Positions 11,540-24,990 of a DNA stretch of 64,000 nucleotides are shown here, piece by piece. Location: contig NC_082707.1 in the NCBI RefSeq assembly GCF_030144855.1, positions 39,432,001 to 39,496,000 of the forward strand, given 5' to 3'. Every line of letters begins with the position of its first letter. The first letter of the stretch is position 1. This stretch comes from Hypanus sabinus (taxonomy: Eukaryota). The notes below the pieces were generated by a model. That model made no database searches. It saw only the letters and a program-made list of their open reading frames with translations, and was not told where the DNA came from. The translations under genes were made by a program, and so were the position numbers.

Positions 11540-11975
11540 ATTCAAACATCTTCCTTTGCACTGTCCCTTCATGACTCTCAGGTATTGGTGATTTGCTCTG
11601 CCTACCACTCCACGTCTTGGGCATTTGTCCATGCAATATTCCGTCTGGGTAGATTCCAACGCGATGGCTTGAACATCGATTTCTCGAATTTCCGGTAATT
11701 ACCCCACTCTCTCCTTCACCCATTCCCCATTCCTTTTTACTCTCTCATCTCCTTACCGGCCCATCACCTCTCTTTGGTGCCCCTCCTTTTTCTGACTTCT
11801 ATGCTTTCCAATCAGATTCCCCCTTCTCCACCCCTTCATCTTTCACCAACTACTTAGCCCTCCCCCTCTTCCGGTTTCACCTATCATCAGTATCACCTCC
11901 ACACTCCCGGTTTTTCCAGCAATTAGAGTGCGTTGCTTTGGATTTCCATCGTCCTCAGATTTTCTCGTGTTTGTG
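11540..11975 (+). mobile_element. Penelope-like element 3' fragment
   Basis: ORF end RLGRFQRDGLNIDFSNFR-stop, CT-rich 3' region and terminal-repeat remnant shared with 55870-56727. Confidence 0.65.
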
Positions 11976-11985
11976 AAACCATTTC

Positions 11986-12199
11986 TGTTATTGTATTTAA
12001 TATTTGAATAATCTTTTTTTATATATACTGTTTAGTTCAGTATTTTCGTTTAAATAATTCATTACGGGTTCTATAAAGACGTAATTGAATACGTCATCGC
12101 GCCACCACGTGATACGTGGGCGTCTCGCTGAAAGTAAACACAGACATTCCGTGTCTTCCTTTTAATTGATGTAATGTTTTAAAGTTGCAAAACCTAACA
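11986..12199. mobile_element. Possible solo LTR
   Basis: TGTTA...TAACA inverted termini, 214 bp, CpG-containing core; no target-site duplication visible. Confidence 0.35.
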
Positions 12200-12689
12200 G
12201 CTTATCTAGTTATCTATTCTACCTCCCCTGCTGTCTTTTTTCAGCGTTATCTGTTTTTGATGTCAAACAATGAAAAAAGATTAATTGCAAATAAAGAGCA
12301 TGAGTGGAGTACAACACGCAAAGAAATGCCAGCAACATCCTAGAATGGGAATCCCATTTGTGCAGTGATTACTCAGCTGAAATCCACGTTTGAGTCAACC
12401 AGACGAATAGTTCATCATCTTCCCAGCTGCGCTGGTGCAGCCTAACCAGCTGAACACGTATTCAAAGTCATAAACACAAGAGCATCTGCAGACACTGGAA
12501 ATCTTCAGCAACGTCTGTGGAAGGGAATAATGAAGAGTCTCAGCCCAAAACATGCCCCTCCATAGGTGCTGCCCGACTTGCTGAGTTCCTTCAGCACTTC
12601 GTTCCCATTTCAGTGCATTTACATGTTATGTATACCAATGATTTAGACTAAGAGTCAGAACCATTTTTGTCTGATGATCTGTCAAGTGG

Positions 12690-12774
12690 CGTTGATTTAA
12701 ACTACGATCGGTGCGTGGGAGGTTTGCGGGATGACGTCGGTCCTGACGTAACAAAGCCGCCAAGCGAGGGGGAA
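12690..12774 (+). promoter_or_regulatory. FYTTD1 CpG-rich promoter/5'UTR with tandem CRE/ATF-like sites
   Basis: TGACGT at 12732-12737 and 12744-12749 in a CpG-rich patch just upstream of the ATG. Confidence 0.6.
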
Positions 12775-12844
12775 ATGGTCGGCATGGAGTGGAGTACGGC
12801 GGTGACGGGGGATACGGGACCTGACAAATTGGACATGTCTTTGG
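12775..12844 (+). CDS. FYTTD1: FYTTD1 (UAP56-interacting factor) coding exon 1
   Basis: MVGMEWSTAVTGDTGPDKLDMSL-G|gtaggc; DKLDMSL/DDIIK matches the UAP56-binding motif; second in-frame ATG at 12784. Confidence 0.9.
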
Positions 12845-13464
12845 GTAGGCTGCTGGCTCCACTCTGCACCTGCCTTTACCTTGCCTTTGTTTTGACTGAA
12901 ACGAGCGGAGAATTGGTACCCTCTAATTGAGATGTGTGCTAAATTGAGATCGTGGCCTGGCCAGTTTTGGGATACGGGGACAAGGAAGGAATTTTAATGG
13001 CAGAGTGAAGAAAAATGTGCTTGGCTGCGTAGGTGTGAATTGAGTTGGCTGAAGTTTTAAATATCATTCTGTAGTTTTTTTTATCCAAACTGTCTCAGAT
13101 TTCTCTAATCTTTGGAATGACAAATTTTTATTATTTTATAATTGGCAAAGGTTAAGGTGTTTTGCATTAAATATTAATATTTTGTAAAGAATAGTACACT
13201 TAAACATGCTTATTCAAACCGTGAACATTAAGTTATCTAGAATTCTGATCATCTGATCACTGAAGATGTGTAGAATAAACCCCGTTGATACTATTTTTCT
13301 CTGAATTTCACTCCACCCCCACTGTCACCACCACCAGAAGCCATTTAAAGAATTTACATGAAAGTAGATTTTTTTTAACCTTTCAAATGTAACGTTGAAT
13401 GCATTAGGAAAGTCAGTAATGTCTGTATTGCATATTTAGAAATGAAAGAAATAACTGCTTAGCA

Positions 13465-13595
13465 GAAACAAGAGAAAATCTGCAGATGCTGGAAATCCAA
13501 GCAACACACACAAAATGCTGGAGGAATTCAGGCCAGGCAGCATCTATAGGAAAGAGTACAGTCGACATTTCAGGCCGAGATCCTTCAGCAGAATT
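13465..13595 (-). repeat. Penelope-like terminal repeat (pLTR) fragment
   Basis: TCTGCAGATGCTGG...AAAATGCTGGAGGAA..CAGCATCTAT...GTCGACATTTC family; other copies at ~12470, 19295, 35257, 47888, 55870, 56630, 60617, 61355, 62225. Confidence 0.75.
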
Positions 13596-13984
13596 CCCAC
13601 ATCTTGTGTGATTATGTTTAACAGCTTTGTTTTGCTAAATATACAGTGTAGGGAGTATGAGCAGATTTAAAGCTTTGATGGCCACATCTGAAAAGTGAGA
13701 AATTAAAGCAGATTATTCAATTTCTTAAGATTGGCTTCTTCAAGCTGTGGTTTAATTATTTGCCCATTCTATTTGGTGCTGTCTGTCATTGATTCTATTA
13801 TGGGTTTTGGATTTACTGAGTATGCCCACAAGAAAATGAATCTCAGGATTGTGTATGAAATATATGTACCTTGATCATAAATTTACTTTGAAGGTTAGAG
13901 CTTTGAATGACTCTGTTTCTATTTGTATTATGCTGGAAGCCTTTTGAAGCTTTCTAGGGTTAAATAACATTCACATTTACAGGG

Positions 13985-14250
13985 TAGCTTCATGGTGTAG
14001 TGGTTAGCACAATACTTTAGAGTACCAGTGAACTGGGTTCAATTCCTGCTGCTGTCTGTAAGATGTGTTATTTTCTCCCCATGACTGTGTGGGTTTCTTA
14101 TGGGTGTTCTGGTTTCCTTCCACAGTCCAAAGACTTAATTGGTCATTGTAAATTGTCCTGTGATTAGGCTAGGGTTTAATCGGGGTTTGCTGGATGGTGT
14201 GGCTCAAAGAACCAGTTCTGTGCTATATCTCAACAAGATAAAATAAAAAA
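13985..14250 (+). mobile_element. tRNA-derived V-SINE (HE1-like)
   Basis: A box GGTGTAGTGG, B box GGTTCAATTCC, V-domain-like TTCTCCCCATGACTGTGTGGGTTTC...CCACAGTCCAAAGAC, A-rich tail. Confidence 0.75.
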
Positions 14251-15354
14251 AATATTGCAGCTGGCTGTTGAATAGTTTTGGCATTGCAGTTGAGTGGTCA
14301 CGTTGGAACTATGGAAAGCCGTTGAGCCCTTTAGCAACTTCAGTTAGAACTTGGTTGATTTGTCTAACGATCCTCCAGACACTTTAAAAGCATATGCTCT
14401 TGTATTAGCCATTACCACCCTGGGAAAAAGGCAGAGGCTGTCTATTCTATCAATTCTCTTATTATCTTTTATACTTCCGTCAAGTTGCCTCTCATGCTTC
14501 TTTGCTCCAAAGGGGAAAAAAAGTCCCTTCAGCTCAGCCTTTACATATTGTTACAGTTCAAGTTTAAAGCAAATTTATTATCAAAGTACATATGAAGAAA
14601 GGTGGGGGGGGGGGGGGGGAAGGACCTGAAGTAGAAGGAATCTGATAGAAGAGAGTGGACCATAGGAGAAAAGGAAGGAGGAGGAGAACCAAAGGGAGGT
14701 AATGGGCAGGTAGGAAGAGGGGAGGCAGAATGGAAAAAGAAAGGGAGAGAGGAGAAAATCCCTATTCTAGATCCCCTCTTGCCCTTCCCTTCTCACTTGA
14801 CCATCACTTCTATCTGATGACACCCTGCCCCACTTCACCTGCTCCCGTGGTCCACCCTGAAATGTTTCATTGGTGATACTCAATGTAATATATGCATCAT
14901 TAGGCAACATTTGAGGATTTTCAGTGATGCTCTTCAATGCACTATCACTTGTTCACCACTGAAGAAACATTTCCTCCAGTTACCAACAAAATCAATAGTA
15001 TTCTGATATGGCTTCATTAACAACTGTTGTTTATATCAAACTGCTTTTTCCATCAGGTCTGATGCTTAATGATCCAAAATGGTTAATTTTTCTCCAATGT
15101 AGCTCATGCTTATTCCAACACCTAGCACACAGTCCCTATTGGTGATTCTAAAGAACTTATCACACTAATGTTAGAAGTGTTGCATATCGTGCTATTGCTT
15201 CGAGAAATTTTCAAACTGAAGTATGGATTGAGTTTATCACTGCAAGGCAGCTAATACAGTGGTACTTTCAGATAATCATTAACTTAGTGGACCAGAATTT
15301 GAGATGCATGTTGTCACTGAATTAAGTCACCTGAAAGACACTGCAACTGGTGAT

Positions 15355-16280
15355 AATAGACAATAGGTGCAGGAGTAGGCCATTTGGTCCTTTGAGCCAG
15401 CACCGCCATTCACTGTGATCATGACTGATCATCCACAATCAGTACCCCGTTCCTGCCTTCTCCCCATATCCCTTGACTCCACTATCCTTAAGAGCTCTAT
15501 CTAACTCTTTCTTGAAAGCATCCAGAGAATTGGCCTCCACTGCCTTCTGAGGCAGATCATTCCACAGATCCATAACTCTCTGGGTGAAAAAGTTTTTCCT
15601 CAACTCCATTCTAAATGGCCAACCCCTTATTCTTAAACTGTGGCCTCTGGTTCTGGACTCCCCCAACATCGGGAACATATTTCCTGCCTCTAGCATGTCC
15701 AATCCCTTAATAATCTTACGTCTCAATCAGATCCCCTCTCTTCCTTCCAGTGTATACAAGCCCATTCGCTCCAATCTTTCAACCTATGACAGTCCCGTCA
15801 ACCCAGGAATTAACCCCATGAACCTACGCTGCACTCCCTCAATAGCAAGAATGTCCGTCCTCAAATTTGGAGACCAAAACACAATACTCCAGGTGTGGTC
15901 TCACCAGGACCCTGTACAACTGCAGAAGGACCTCTTTGCTCCTATACTCAACTCCCCTTGTTATGAAGGCCAACATGCCATTAGCTTTCTTCACTGCCTG
16001 CTGTACCTGCATGCTTACTTTCAGTGACTGATGAACAAGGACACCTAGATCTCATTGTACTTCCCCTTTTCCTAATTTGACACCATTCGGATAGTAATCT
16101 GCCTTCCTGTTCTTGCCACTAAAGTGGATAACCTCATATTTATCCACATTAAACTGCATCTGCCTGCTCACCTAACCTGTCCAAGTCATAACATCCTCCT
16201 CACATTTCACACTGCCACCCAGCTTTGTGTCATCTGCAAATTTGCTAATGTTACTTTTAATCCCTTCATCTAAATCATTA
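15355..16280 (-). mobile_element. CR1 LINE 3' fragment
   Basis: C-terminal ORF2 (ESRTRGHSLRI..RKNFFTQRV..WN.LP); TCTATTG-type tail. Confidence 0.9.
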
Positions 16281-16581
16281 ACCATTGTTATCAGTGATAT
16301 AGAAGTCTTTATTCAGCACAACATGCAGGTATTCTGGAGACACTCTGGGTGGAGGTTCACAAAACCAAAGGTGCATCACATCTTTATACCCTTCATATCA
16401 AAGATAACAGGAGCTAATACAATAGAATTCCAATAGTTATAATTACATTGTTTGAGTTGACAATGCTTCCTTTGAATTGCTCATCTACAATGACAGATGC
16501 CTATGGAATGTTCAAATGCCTTTTGTCTCAAACTGATTCACAGAACTAGTCAAAAAATTTCTGGAGGCTGAAATCCCAAAT

Positions 16582-16868
16582 GAGAGGACATGATTTGAGA
16601 GTTAGGGGGTAGAAGTTTTAAGGGAAACACGAGGGGGTATTTCTTTACTCAGAGAGTGATAACTGTGTGGAATGAGCTTCCTGTAGAGGCCAGTTCAGTT
16701 GTGTCATTTAAGGTAAAATTGTATAGGTATATGGACAGGAAAGGAGTGGAGGGTTATGGGCTGAGTGCGGGTAGGTGGGACTAGGTGAGATTAAGAGTTC
16801 GGCACGGACTAGGAGGGCCGAGATGGCCTGTTTCCGTGCTGTGATTGTTATATGGTTATATGGTTATA
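16582..16868 (+). mobile_element. Young CR1 3' end (same family as 31307 and 41610)
   Basis: Near-identical to those copies; (TATATGGT)n tail; CCCAAA on both sides (16575-16580, 16869-16874). Confidence 0.9.
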
Positions 16869-17999
16869 CCCAAAATTAATGTCAGGGCTGACTCTGAGAA
16901 CACAAATATGATAAGTGCACAAAGACTTGTTAATTGCCTACACCTGACATCATCCATCCGGTCTGGCAGCTTGAACTCAAGTCACAATGGTGCAACTAAT
17001 TTAGCGATGTTGCCTGGTTTGATGCAAACCAATTAATACAACTCCCCTTGTCTTGATGTTTTACTCTTGCATATGTAAATGCATCATGGTCACCATTTTG
17101 GAAACCAAATCTCTTGGTCTGTGGGCTTCAAAGTACATTTATTAATACAAACTTGAGATTCATCTTTTTACAGGCAGCCACAAAACAAGAAACCCAAAAT
17201 AACATTTTTTTAAAAAAAGACCGGCAGACATCCAATGTGCAGAGAGGGGAGAAAAAGCATATTGTTCAAGCAATAAAAGTAAGCAAACAACATTTAGAAT
17301 GAAAGTGAGTCCTCAGACACAAAGCCTGGAGCAGGCTCTTAGCCTCAGAATGGGCCTGGCCCTTTATCCCGGTCTGGTCACCCTGCCTTTTCAAATCATT
17401 TGGACTGGCATTTAAATCATCCAAACATCAGGTCATTCCTCGCTCTAAGTGCATCAACCCAGCACTTATATTAATCAAACCTTGCTCTCAGTTTAGGTGG
17501 ACATCAGTTTACAGCTTGCAATTTACAATAAGAACTGAAGCCTGATTCTTGTTTGAAATAATATTTGCTATATTAACATAACTCCAGAATACTCCCTAAC
17601 GATAAAAAATGCAGAAACTATCAGTTATTGCTGTTATGAATTGTGCCCATAAGACTGGAGTATGCGAACTTTCAAAAACAAACAAGTTTGAGGCTATATT
17701 GTAAGTGAATTGTTGGATATGGGACACCTTTTTATACTGACAAAAACCAACTAGTCTTTGAAAATAAACCTAATTAAGTGTAAAGTAAAAGCAGTAATTG
17801 GTTTTGAAATTAAAATGTATCAGCAGAGCACAGGCTACTAGCCCACAGCAGGAGGCTGGCTATTCAAGATATTATTGTTTATAAAGTGATGTTGCCATGA
17901 GGCATTCTTGCCTGCATCAGCCAAACATAAGACAGTGGGCTATGTTAATTGACCTACAACAAACAAGGCAACTGCAGCTGATTTATTTTGCACCCTTCA

Positions 18000-18445
18000 A
18001 AGTTCAAAGACTGATTATTAAAGTACATATGTCGCCATATTAAACCCTTGAGATTTTTTGCAGGTATTCATGGTAAATCCAAAAAGCAATAGAATTTATG
18101 AAGGACCATACCTAGCAGATGGACAAGCAGCCAATGTGCAAAAGACAAGCTGCAACTACAAAAATAAAGAAAAATATAATAAATGTAATAAATATCGATA
18201 ACATGAGATTAAGAGTCCTTGAAAGTGAATCTATAGGTTGTGGGAGCAGTTCAGTGATGTGGCAAGTGAAGTGCCCGATGATTGAGGGGTACCAGGTGGT
18301 GTGGGTCCTGAGGCTCCTGTATCACCTTCCTGATGGCAGCAGTGAGAAGAGCATGTTTTGATCAATACCTCATTCCTGTGACAGTGGTCCATATAAATGT
18401 GCTCAGTGGTGGGAAGTGTTTTACCCATGATGGACCTTCCAGAGA
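18000..18445 (-). mobile_element. Rex-Babar LINE 3' end
   Basis: SIMGKTLPTTEHIY and LPSGRR-type C-terminus, 3'UTR ending in TTTGAACTTTGAA. Confidence 0.75.
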
Positions 18446-20029
18446 CCAAGAAGGGCTGCCAGACTATACCAAATTTTGTTACTTAGCATATCAAACATGA
18501 TCATACAAATATTTTGCTCTATCAATGACTGGGATATTTGTATACTCAAAAATATCCCTCACAACACTAATCTTGGGATCCTGGTTCTGTCCTGAAAAGC
18601 TTATTGACCATCTGTTTGAATTAGTTTTTCACAAAGATGTGTGAACCTTCAGAGGTGTCTTATTAGGTACAATATGCTCCCACTATTAATACATACTTCA
18701 AAGACACCATTTGTCAAGCATAAGATATTAAAGTAAGTGGTCATTGTGGTTTTTGAAGTTGTATTGAGTCACTTACTGTTAGCATTGTTCTTAATAATAT
18801 AAAACTGATGGATTTTGAATTTGTGGGACACAACCAACAGGGTTTCCAAGAGAACGTCTGCTTGTTCTGATGAATAAAGACTACAATATCCACCAGTTTC
18901 TCCAGTCAGAACATAACATAAAATTAGATTTTATAATCAGTGGCAAAGGAATGGAGCTAACTGCTGACTTCAAAATGAAAATAGCCCATTAAAAGTATTG
19001 CTGGACTGAATTTCTCTAAAAACTGGCTGCTGTTGGAGATCAGTATCATTGTCAGGAGTGATGTCATTAAACTGAGCAAATCACATTAAAGAATTGGTAT
19101 TTATAGGAAGTCAAATTTTATAAGGAAAGTAACTGATATTTTACAGAATGAATAAAAATTAGAACACAAGATTAATCTACATGTTAAATTGTTTACATCT
19201 ATGATTTTTGAAATATTCTGAATATTTCACACATAAAATTAGATCTTAGAATCAGAAGGATCATAAAGCATGGATTATGATTCTATAATACATATTGCTG
19301 GAGGAACTCAGCAGGTCAGACAGCATCTCTGGAGGGGAATAAACAACATTTCAGGCCAAGACCTTTCATCAGGATTGGAAAGAGAGTGAAGAAGTTAGAA
19401 TAAAAATGTCAGCAAATCCAGAGTAGTCTGGAGGAACGTTTTTTGTGTGTGTGTGTATATATATATACACACACGTCTTTTGTTAGTATATTTTCTCATA
19501 AATTCTATTACATTTATTTTCCTACAAATAACTAAGAAAATGAATCTCAAGGTAGTATATGGTGATATGTAATTTCATAATTAATTTGAACTTTAAAAGA
19601 TTGCGGGGGTATGGAGGAAAAGCTGGCAGGTAATAGGTGAAGCCATGTGACAGGGAAAGTGAATGATTACCTTTCTGGTCTTATGGAACAGCTTGTGCAA
19701 TTCTGCAAGTTGTTTTTAATTTTGAATCTGGATATGCCAAGGCATCTGGCTACCCAATTGCTCCGGGTTAGTGTAACTTACAACTAAATTTATGATGGGT
19801 GCTGCTACTGCTCTTCAGCCTTTGATATTTGTTAATGTATCGTTAGATGTAGAAGTATGCAGGATTGTTCCTGAAATATATCTGGTGACTTATTTATTTA
19901 TATATATATTCATTTATCTCATCTGCTGCAGTTGAATACTCTATTGCTATTTATTAGCAATGACAGAACTTTGTTTAAATCCAGTTCTCCATTATAGCTA
20001 AGGTGGCCAAGATTCTGGAATGTTAACGT

Positions 20030-20640
20030 AAACATAGAACAGTACAGCACAGGAACAGGCTTTATGTTGTCTATGCTAGCAGTGATGTCAAATTAAAGTA
20101 GACCTACATGCCTGCTTGTGAACCATATCCCTTCATTCCCTTTATGTTCAAGTGCTTGTCTAAATGCATCTTAAATTCCACTATCATTTCTGCTTTCATA
20201 ATCACTCCTGACAGTATGTTCTAGGGATGAACTACCTTGTGTGAAGGAAGAGGGGAAAAACCTCACCCTGCACATTCCCTATAGCTTCACCCTCTGTCCC
20301 CTATTGTTTGACATTTGAATCCTGGGGGGAAGAGACTGACCTGTGTATGCCACTCATAATTTTATAATCTATGTCTCCCCTTCTGTTCCAGAGAGAACAA
20401 TCCAAGTTTATCCAACCTCCTTATAGGTCATACTCTCTAATCTGTTATGCACCCTTTCCAAAGATCCACATCCTCCCTATAAAGTGGCAACTAAAACTCA
20501 CTTACTATATTCCAAACATGGTTTGACCAAAATTTTATACCATATGACTGATGAAGGCAAGTATGCAGTACGTCAGCTTTATCATCCTATCTGCTTGTGT
20601 TGCAATTAGCAGAAAGCAGTGGACTCGCCCCACGTTCCTC
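20030..20640 (-). mobile_element. Old CR1 3' fragment
   Basis: CATAGAACAGTACAGCACAGGAACAGGC tail plus degenerate ORF2 end. Confidence 0.7.
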
Positions 20641-20907
20641 TGACGAGGGAATGCCAATCATATTTATGTATTTGAATTTCTGGTATCACTGTGCAATTAA
20701 ATATTACAGGAAGAGAATAATTTGATATTTAACAATGGGAGCGTGATACCTTCTCAAATGAACCTCTAGATGGCCCTGAGCTGTATTAAATTAATTTACT
20801 TTTAAATTTCCCATATTTTCAGCGTGTGACCCATTCAATGATGACTGCAGCAAGAGTAATATTTATTGTTCATCCTTTAACTGTAAATTACATTTTGTGT
20901 ACCACAG

Positions 20908-21051
20908 ATGATATAATTAAACTGAATAAAAAGCAGCGTAATGTGAAGAAATCTGTACCACGTAAAGGAAAACAGATATTAAATCGCTCTTCCTATTCAA
21001 CAATGCAGCTGAAACGGTCAAACAATTGGCGTGGAATCCCACAACGATCCG
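20908..21051 (+). CDS. FYTTD1: FYTTD1 exon 2
   Basis: cacag|AT GAT ATA..., DDIIKLNKKQR...WRGIPQRSG|gtaag; phase 1-1. Confidence 0.92.
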
Positions 21052-22230
21052 GTAAGTTTAGAAGTTACCGGAGCTGCTGTTCACTTGAAGTACCTTTGAT
21101 CTGAAATCACTGTCTCTGCAAATTGCACTTTTGGAATACTGGAGCAAAATCAGAGACTTGTCATTTAATATCAAGATATAAACACTTATTTGAAGTATAG
21201 CTTGTGTTTTTTTTAAGTTACATTTCTCTGATTGCAAATAGTAATAATGGCAATACTCGAAGATTTTAACATTTTTGAGCAGTCCTTCAGAATCTTAAAA
21301 ATTCATCAGAAATTTTAAAAGAGCCATTGATAAATGCATATCATTGAGCCATAAGAACTGTAATGTTTGTGGTCTTAGAAATGACAGCTGATCTTTGCCA
21401 GAGCAGATGTAAGCTTATAAAGTTTGCTGGTGAAAACAGAAAGTGTTTTAAAACTGGAAACTCTTCTAATCTATCAACGACATGTTGGAAGATGCACAAG
21501 GGTATTCTAGGAGTGCCATTTATAGACAAACACTGCAAATTATTTGAGGGATGCAGCCATTGGGTACTTATAGCATCATTAGTGTGTGCTGCTGCTATGA
21601 GGGGATGAATATTTTATTTTGACTATGCTGAGTCTAGGTTATTTAAATCTGTTATACCCAGTTATACTGAATGCTTCTAAAATGTACTATATGGTTCCGT
21701 CATCTTCTCTGACAGCATGTTCCAGATTTCTACCACTCCATGTGTTTATAAACACAAAAACGTGTCCCTTGGGTCATCTCCTTCAATGCTGCTTTGTATT
21801 TGTGCTAACTTCATAGAGGCTAAAGTTCTAGCTCACTGATTCTTCAGTGGTTATCCTTGTAAATTGTACATGTATTTTCTGAAGTTCATCAAAGTGCACA
21901 GACCCTGTCTACCACTAATAAGTTTGTTGCCTAACAGATTCCATCACCATCACCTTCTCACTCAAAACTAGCTTGCACCACAAATGTCCACATTTGCATT
22001 CCCAAGCTCCAGCACATCCTGCTCATATTTTTGTAGGTTTATATAAAGATAAATGCAAACAGTAACTGCCTCTCCACAACATTATAGAGATTTTACTTTA
22101 AATTCTGTGATTGATAGGTTGTGGACATCAAAGCAGGTCCAGGATTTGATGTCTCAATAAATGCCTCTCCATTTGAGGGGCATTTCAGAGTTGGCCCCAT
22201 TAGTATGGGTTGGATTCTCAAGTCAACTAG

Positions 22231-22422
22231 TGATGCACCATCAATAACTCTTGGAGACGGGAGGTGGACGATAGGCTTTTATTAGCAGCAAAACGGAGCA
22301 TGGCATCTTGGAGACTGGGACGAGCAGTGCCTCCAATCACCTTTATACAGGGGTCTGTGGGAGGAGCCACAGGAGCAGTCAGCAGAGGGGTGTGTCCAGA
22401 CAGGTATACATAGTTTACCACA
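22231..22422 (-). mobile_element. Solo LTR (192 bp) with 5-bp TSD ACTAG
   Basis: TG..CA termini; ACTAG at 22226-22230 and 22423-22427; minus-strand TATAAAG and AATAAAAG. Confidence 0.9.
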
Positions 22423-22474
22423 ACTAGTTAGTGTAGGAAAAGGTGACTCCTCTCCACCTTATGCATTTGTAATT

Positions 22475-23530
22475 GAACAGCATAGGAACAGGCCCTTCAG
22501 CCTGCTGTTGTGCTGAGCCAAATAAATTAGTAATGGCCAGTTAAACTAATCTCCTGCGTACACAATGTCTATATCCTTCCATTTTCCTCAGGATCATGTG
22601 CCTAACTAAATACATCTAATGTATCTGTCTCTACCACCACCACAAGCAACACATTCCAGGCACCTACCACTCTGTTTCAGGGGAGAAAAAGCTTACCCCT
22701 CAGGTTTCCTTTGAAAATACCCTCTCTCATCTTGCATGCATGCCCTCTGTTAGAAATTTCAAGCCTTGGAAAAGATATTTACTGTCTACTATATGCCTCT
22801 CAAAGTCTTATTAATCCTCTATCAAATCTCCCCTTGGCGTCCTCCACTCCAGAGAAAGCAATCCAAGTTTGTCCAACATCTTGTTATATATAGTACATGC
22901 CCTTTAATCGAGGACACAATCTGGTAAACCTCTTCTGCACCCTCTCCAAAGACTCAACATCCTTCGTATAATAAGGCAACCTGAACTGCATTTAACATTA
23001 CAGATGCGGCCGAAATAGAGTCTTGTAATGCTAAAATATAACTTGCTGTCAATTGAGCTCAATGCCTTGACTAATAAAGGCAAGCATGCCATATGCCTTC
23101 TTAACCCACCCCCGCCAACCTGGGTAACCAATTTCAGGGAGATATGAACTTTTCTCGTCAACAGCGTTAAGGGGCTTGCTCTTAGCAGTGTACTGTCTCT
23201 TTACATATGGCCTACCAAGGTGCAACTTTTACATTTGGTTGGGTTAAACTCCATCTGCCATTTCTCTGCCCATTATCTGCAACTGATTTTTAACCCACTG
23301 TATTCTTTGCTAGTCATCTACACTATCCACAGCACCATTAATCTTCATATCATCTGCAAACTTACTAACCCATCCCCATTTATATACATTGCATACAGCT
23401 GAGGTCCCAGTATAGATCCCTGCAGAACACCACTAATCACAAACCTTCAGCTAGAGTACATCTTGTTGACTACTACCCAGTTTTGAATCCAAGCAGCCAA
23501 TTCACTATAAATTCCCGGCATCTTAATAAG
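22475..23530 (-). mobile_element. Old CR1 3' fragment
   Basis: Degenerate RT end (QGSILGP, SKFADD, WQMEFN) and CR1 tail. Confidence 0.8.
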
Positions 23531-23949
23531 ATGTGTTATTACAAGATACCCTTGCTGGCTTTTTAATTCAAGAATGAGTTTAATTATCAAAAATTAATTA
23601 TCCCTGTTGCCACAGTGGAATTTGAAATCTCAGTTGATCATTAGCAGGGGTTTCTGGTTTGCTACGTAAATAATTCAGCTGCAATTCTCCCACACCCTGG
23701 TACAGGTAATTGACATCAGGACCATCCATTTAGCATCTCATGTGGCCCTCAGATCTGACAAACAGCCTAGAAACTTGGAAACTGGGTCTCTTTGGTGACC
23801 ACATTCCTGGTGGATTAGAGAAAACAGATTTTAGCGATGTTGCCTCATTGATGGATAAATCCTAAATGAGAACACTTAGATCAAGTAGAAACTAGGAACT
23901 ATTATGTAAGTGAACGTTAATGTAGAGAGGATTTGCATGTTTATTTGGA

Positions 23950-24160
23950 GAGACAGCATGGTAACAGGCCCAACAAGCCCGCACCACCTATTTACACTCG
24001 TGACCAATTAACCTACTGACCCGTACGTCTTTGGAATGTGGGAGGAAACCTGAGCACTCTGAGGATACCAATGTGGTCATGGGGAGAATGCAGAAACTCC
24101 TTACAGATGGTGGTGGAGTTGAATCCAAGTTGCTGGCATTGTAAAGTATTATGCTGCCCT
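23950..24160 (-). mobile_element. V-SINE fragment
   Basis: Reverse complement of the V-domain seen at 14070-14135 (TCTTTGGAATGTGGGAGGAAACC...ATGGGGAGAA). Confidence 0.7.
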
Positions 24161-24559
24161 CGTGCAATGGAAAGTGTTTTACAGATTTCTCAGGGCATTC
24201 CCTATCTCAGGTAATAATGAACCCATTTTAGAAAATAACTGATTTTTATTTCAGAAAGCTTTCTTATGTTAGACAATGGCATGCATTTTGCCCAGTGCAT
24301 TTTTCTCTGCAGTAACGTGAACTGTATCACAGGGAACCAAGGTAAGAAGCCACAAGGTAATTACATGCACTTAAAGGATGCTTGTCTGATGGCCCTCAAC
24401 TGACAGTAGCCAATTCCATGCAGGGAAGACAAAATCATTCTTCTTGCACAGCCTTTGTACAATTGATGGAATGGGCATTTAAAGTCAAAAACCTTGAACC
24501 TGCCTTAGAACGCCTGGTCTACTGGTTAGCAGCAATCCTTGACCTTGTATACTTTTGAG

Positions 24560-24990
24560 ATAGAAACACAGAAACATAGAAAATAGGTGCAGGAGTAGGC
24601 CATTTGGCCCTTTGAACCTGCACCACCATTCGGTATGATCATGGCTGATCATCCAACTCCGAACCCTGTACCTGCTTTCTCTCCATACCCCCTGATCCCT
24701 TTAGCCACAAGGGCCAAATCTAACTCCCTCTTAAATATAGCCAATGAGCTGGCCTCAACTGTTTCCTGTGGCAGAGAATTCCACAGATTCACCACTCTCT
24801 GTGTGAAGAAGTTTTTCCTCATCTTGGTCCTAAAAGGCTTCCCCTTTACCCTTAAACTGTGAGCCCCTCATTATGGACTCCCCCAACATTGAAAACAATC
24901 TTCCTGCATCTAGCCTGTCCGATGCCTTTAGAATTTTATACGTTTCAATAAGATTCCCCCCTCAATCTTCTAAATTCCAGTGAGTATAAG
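24560..24990 (-). mobile_element. CR1 3' end
   Basis: (ATAGAAAC)n tail; similar to 15355-15760. Confidence 0.85.

Noticed and set aside
12667-12774. N-terminal extension of FYTTD1 in the ORF track
   Set aside because: Starts at TTG and runs through promoter motifs; the first ATG is at 12775.
13990-14050. tRNA gene
   Set aside because: A/B boxes belong to a SINE head; no complete cloverleaf.
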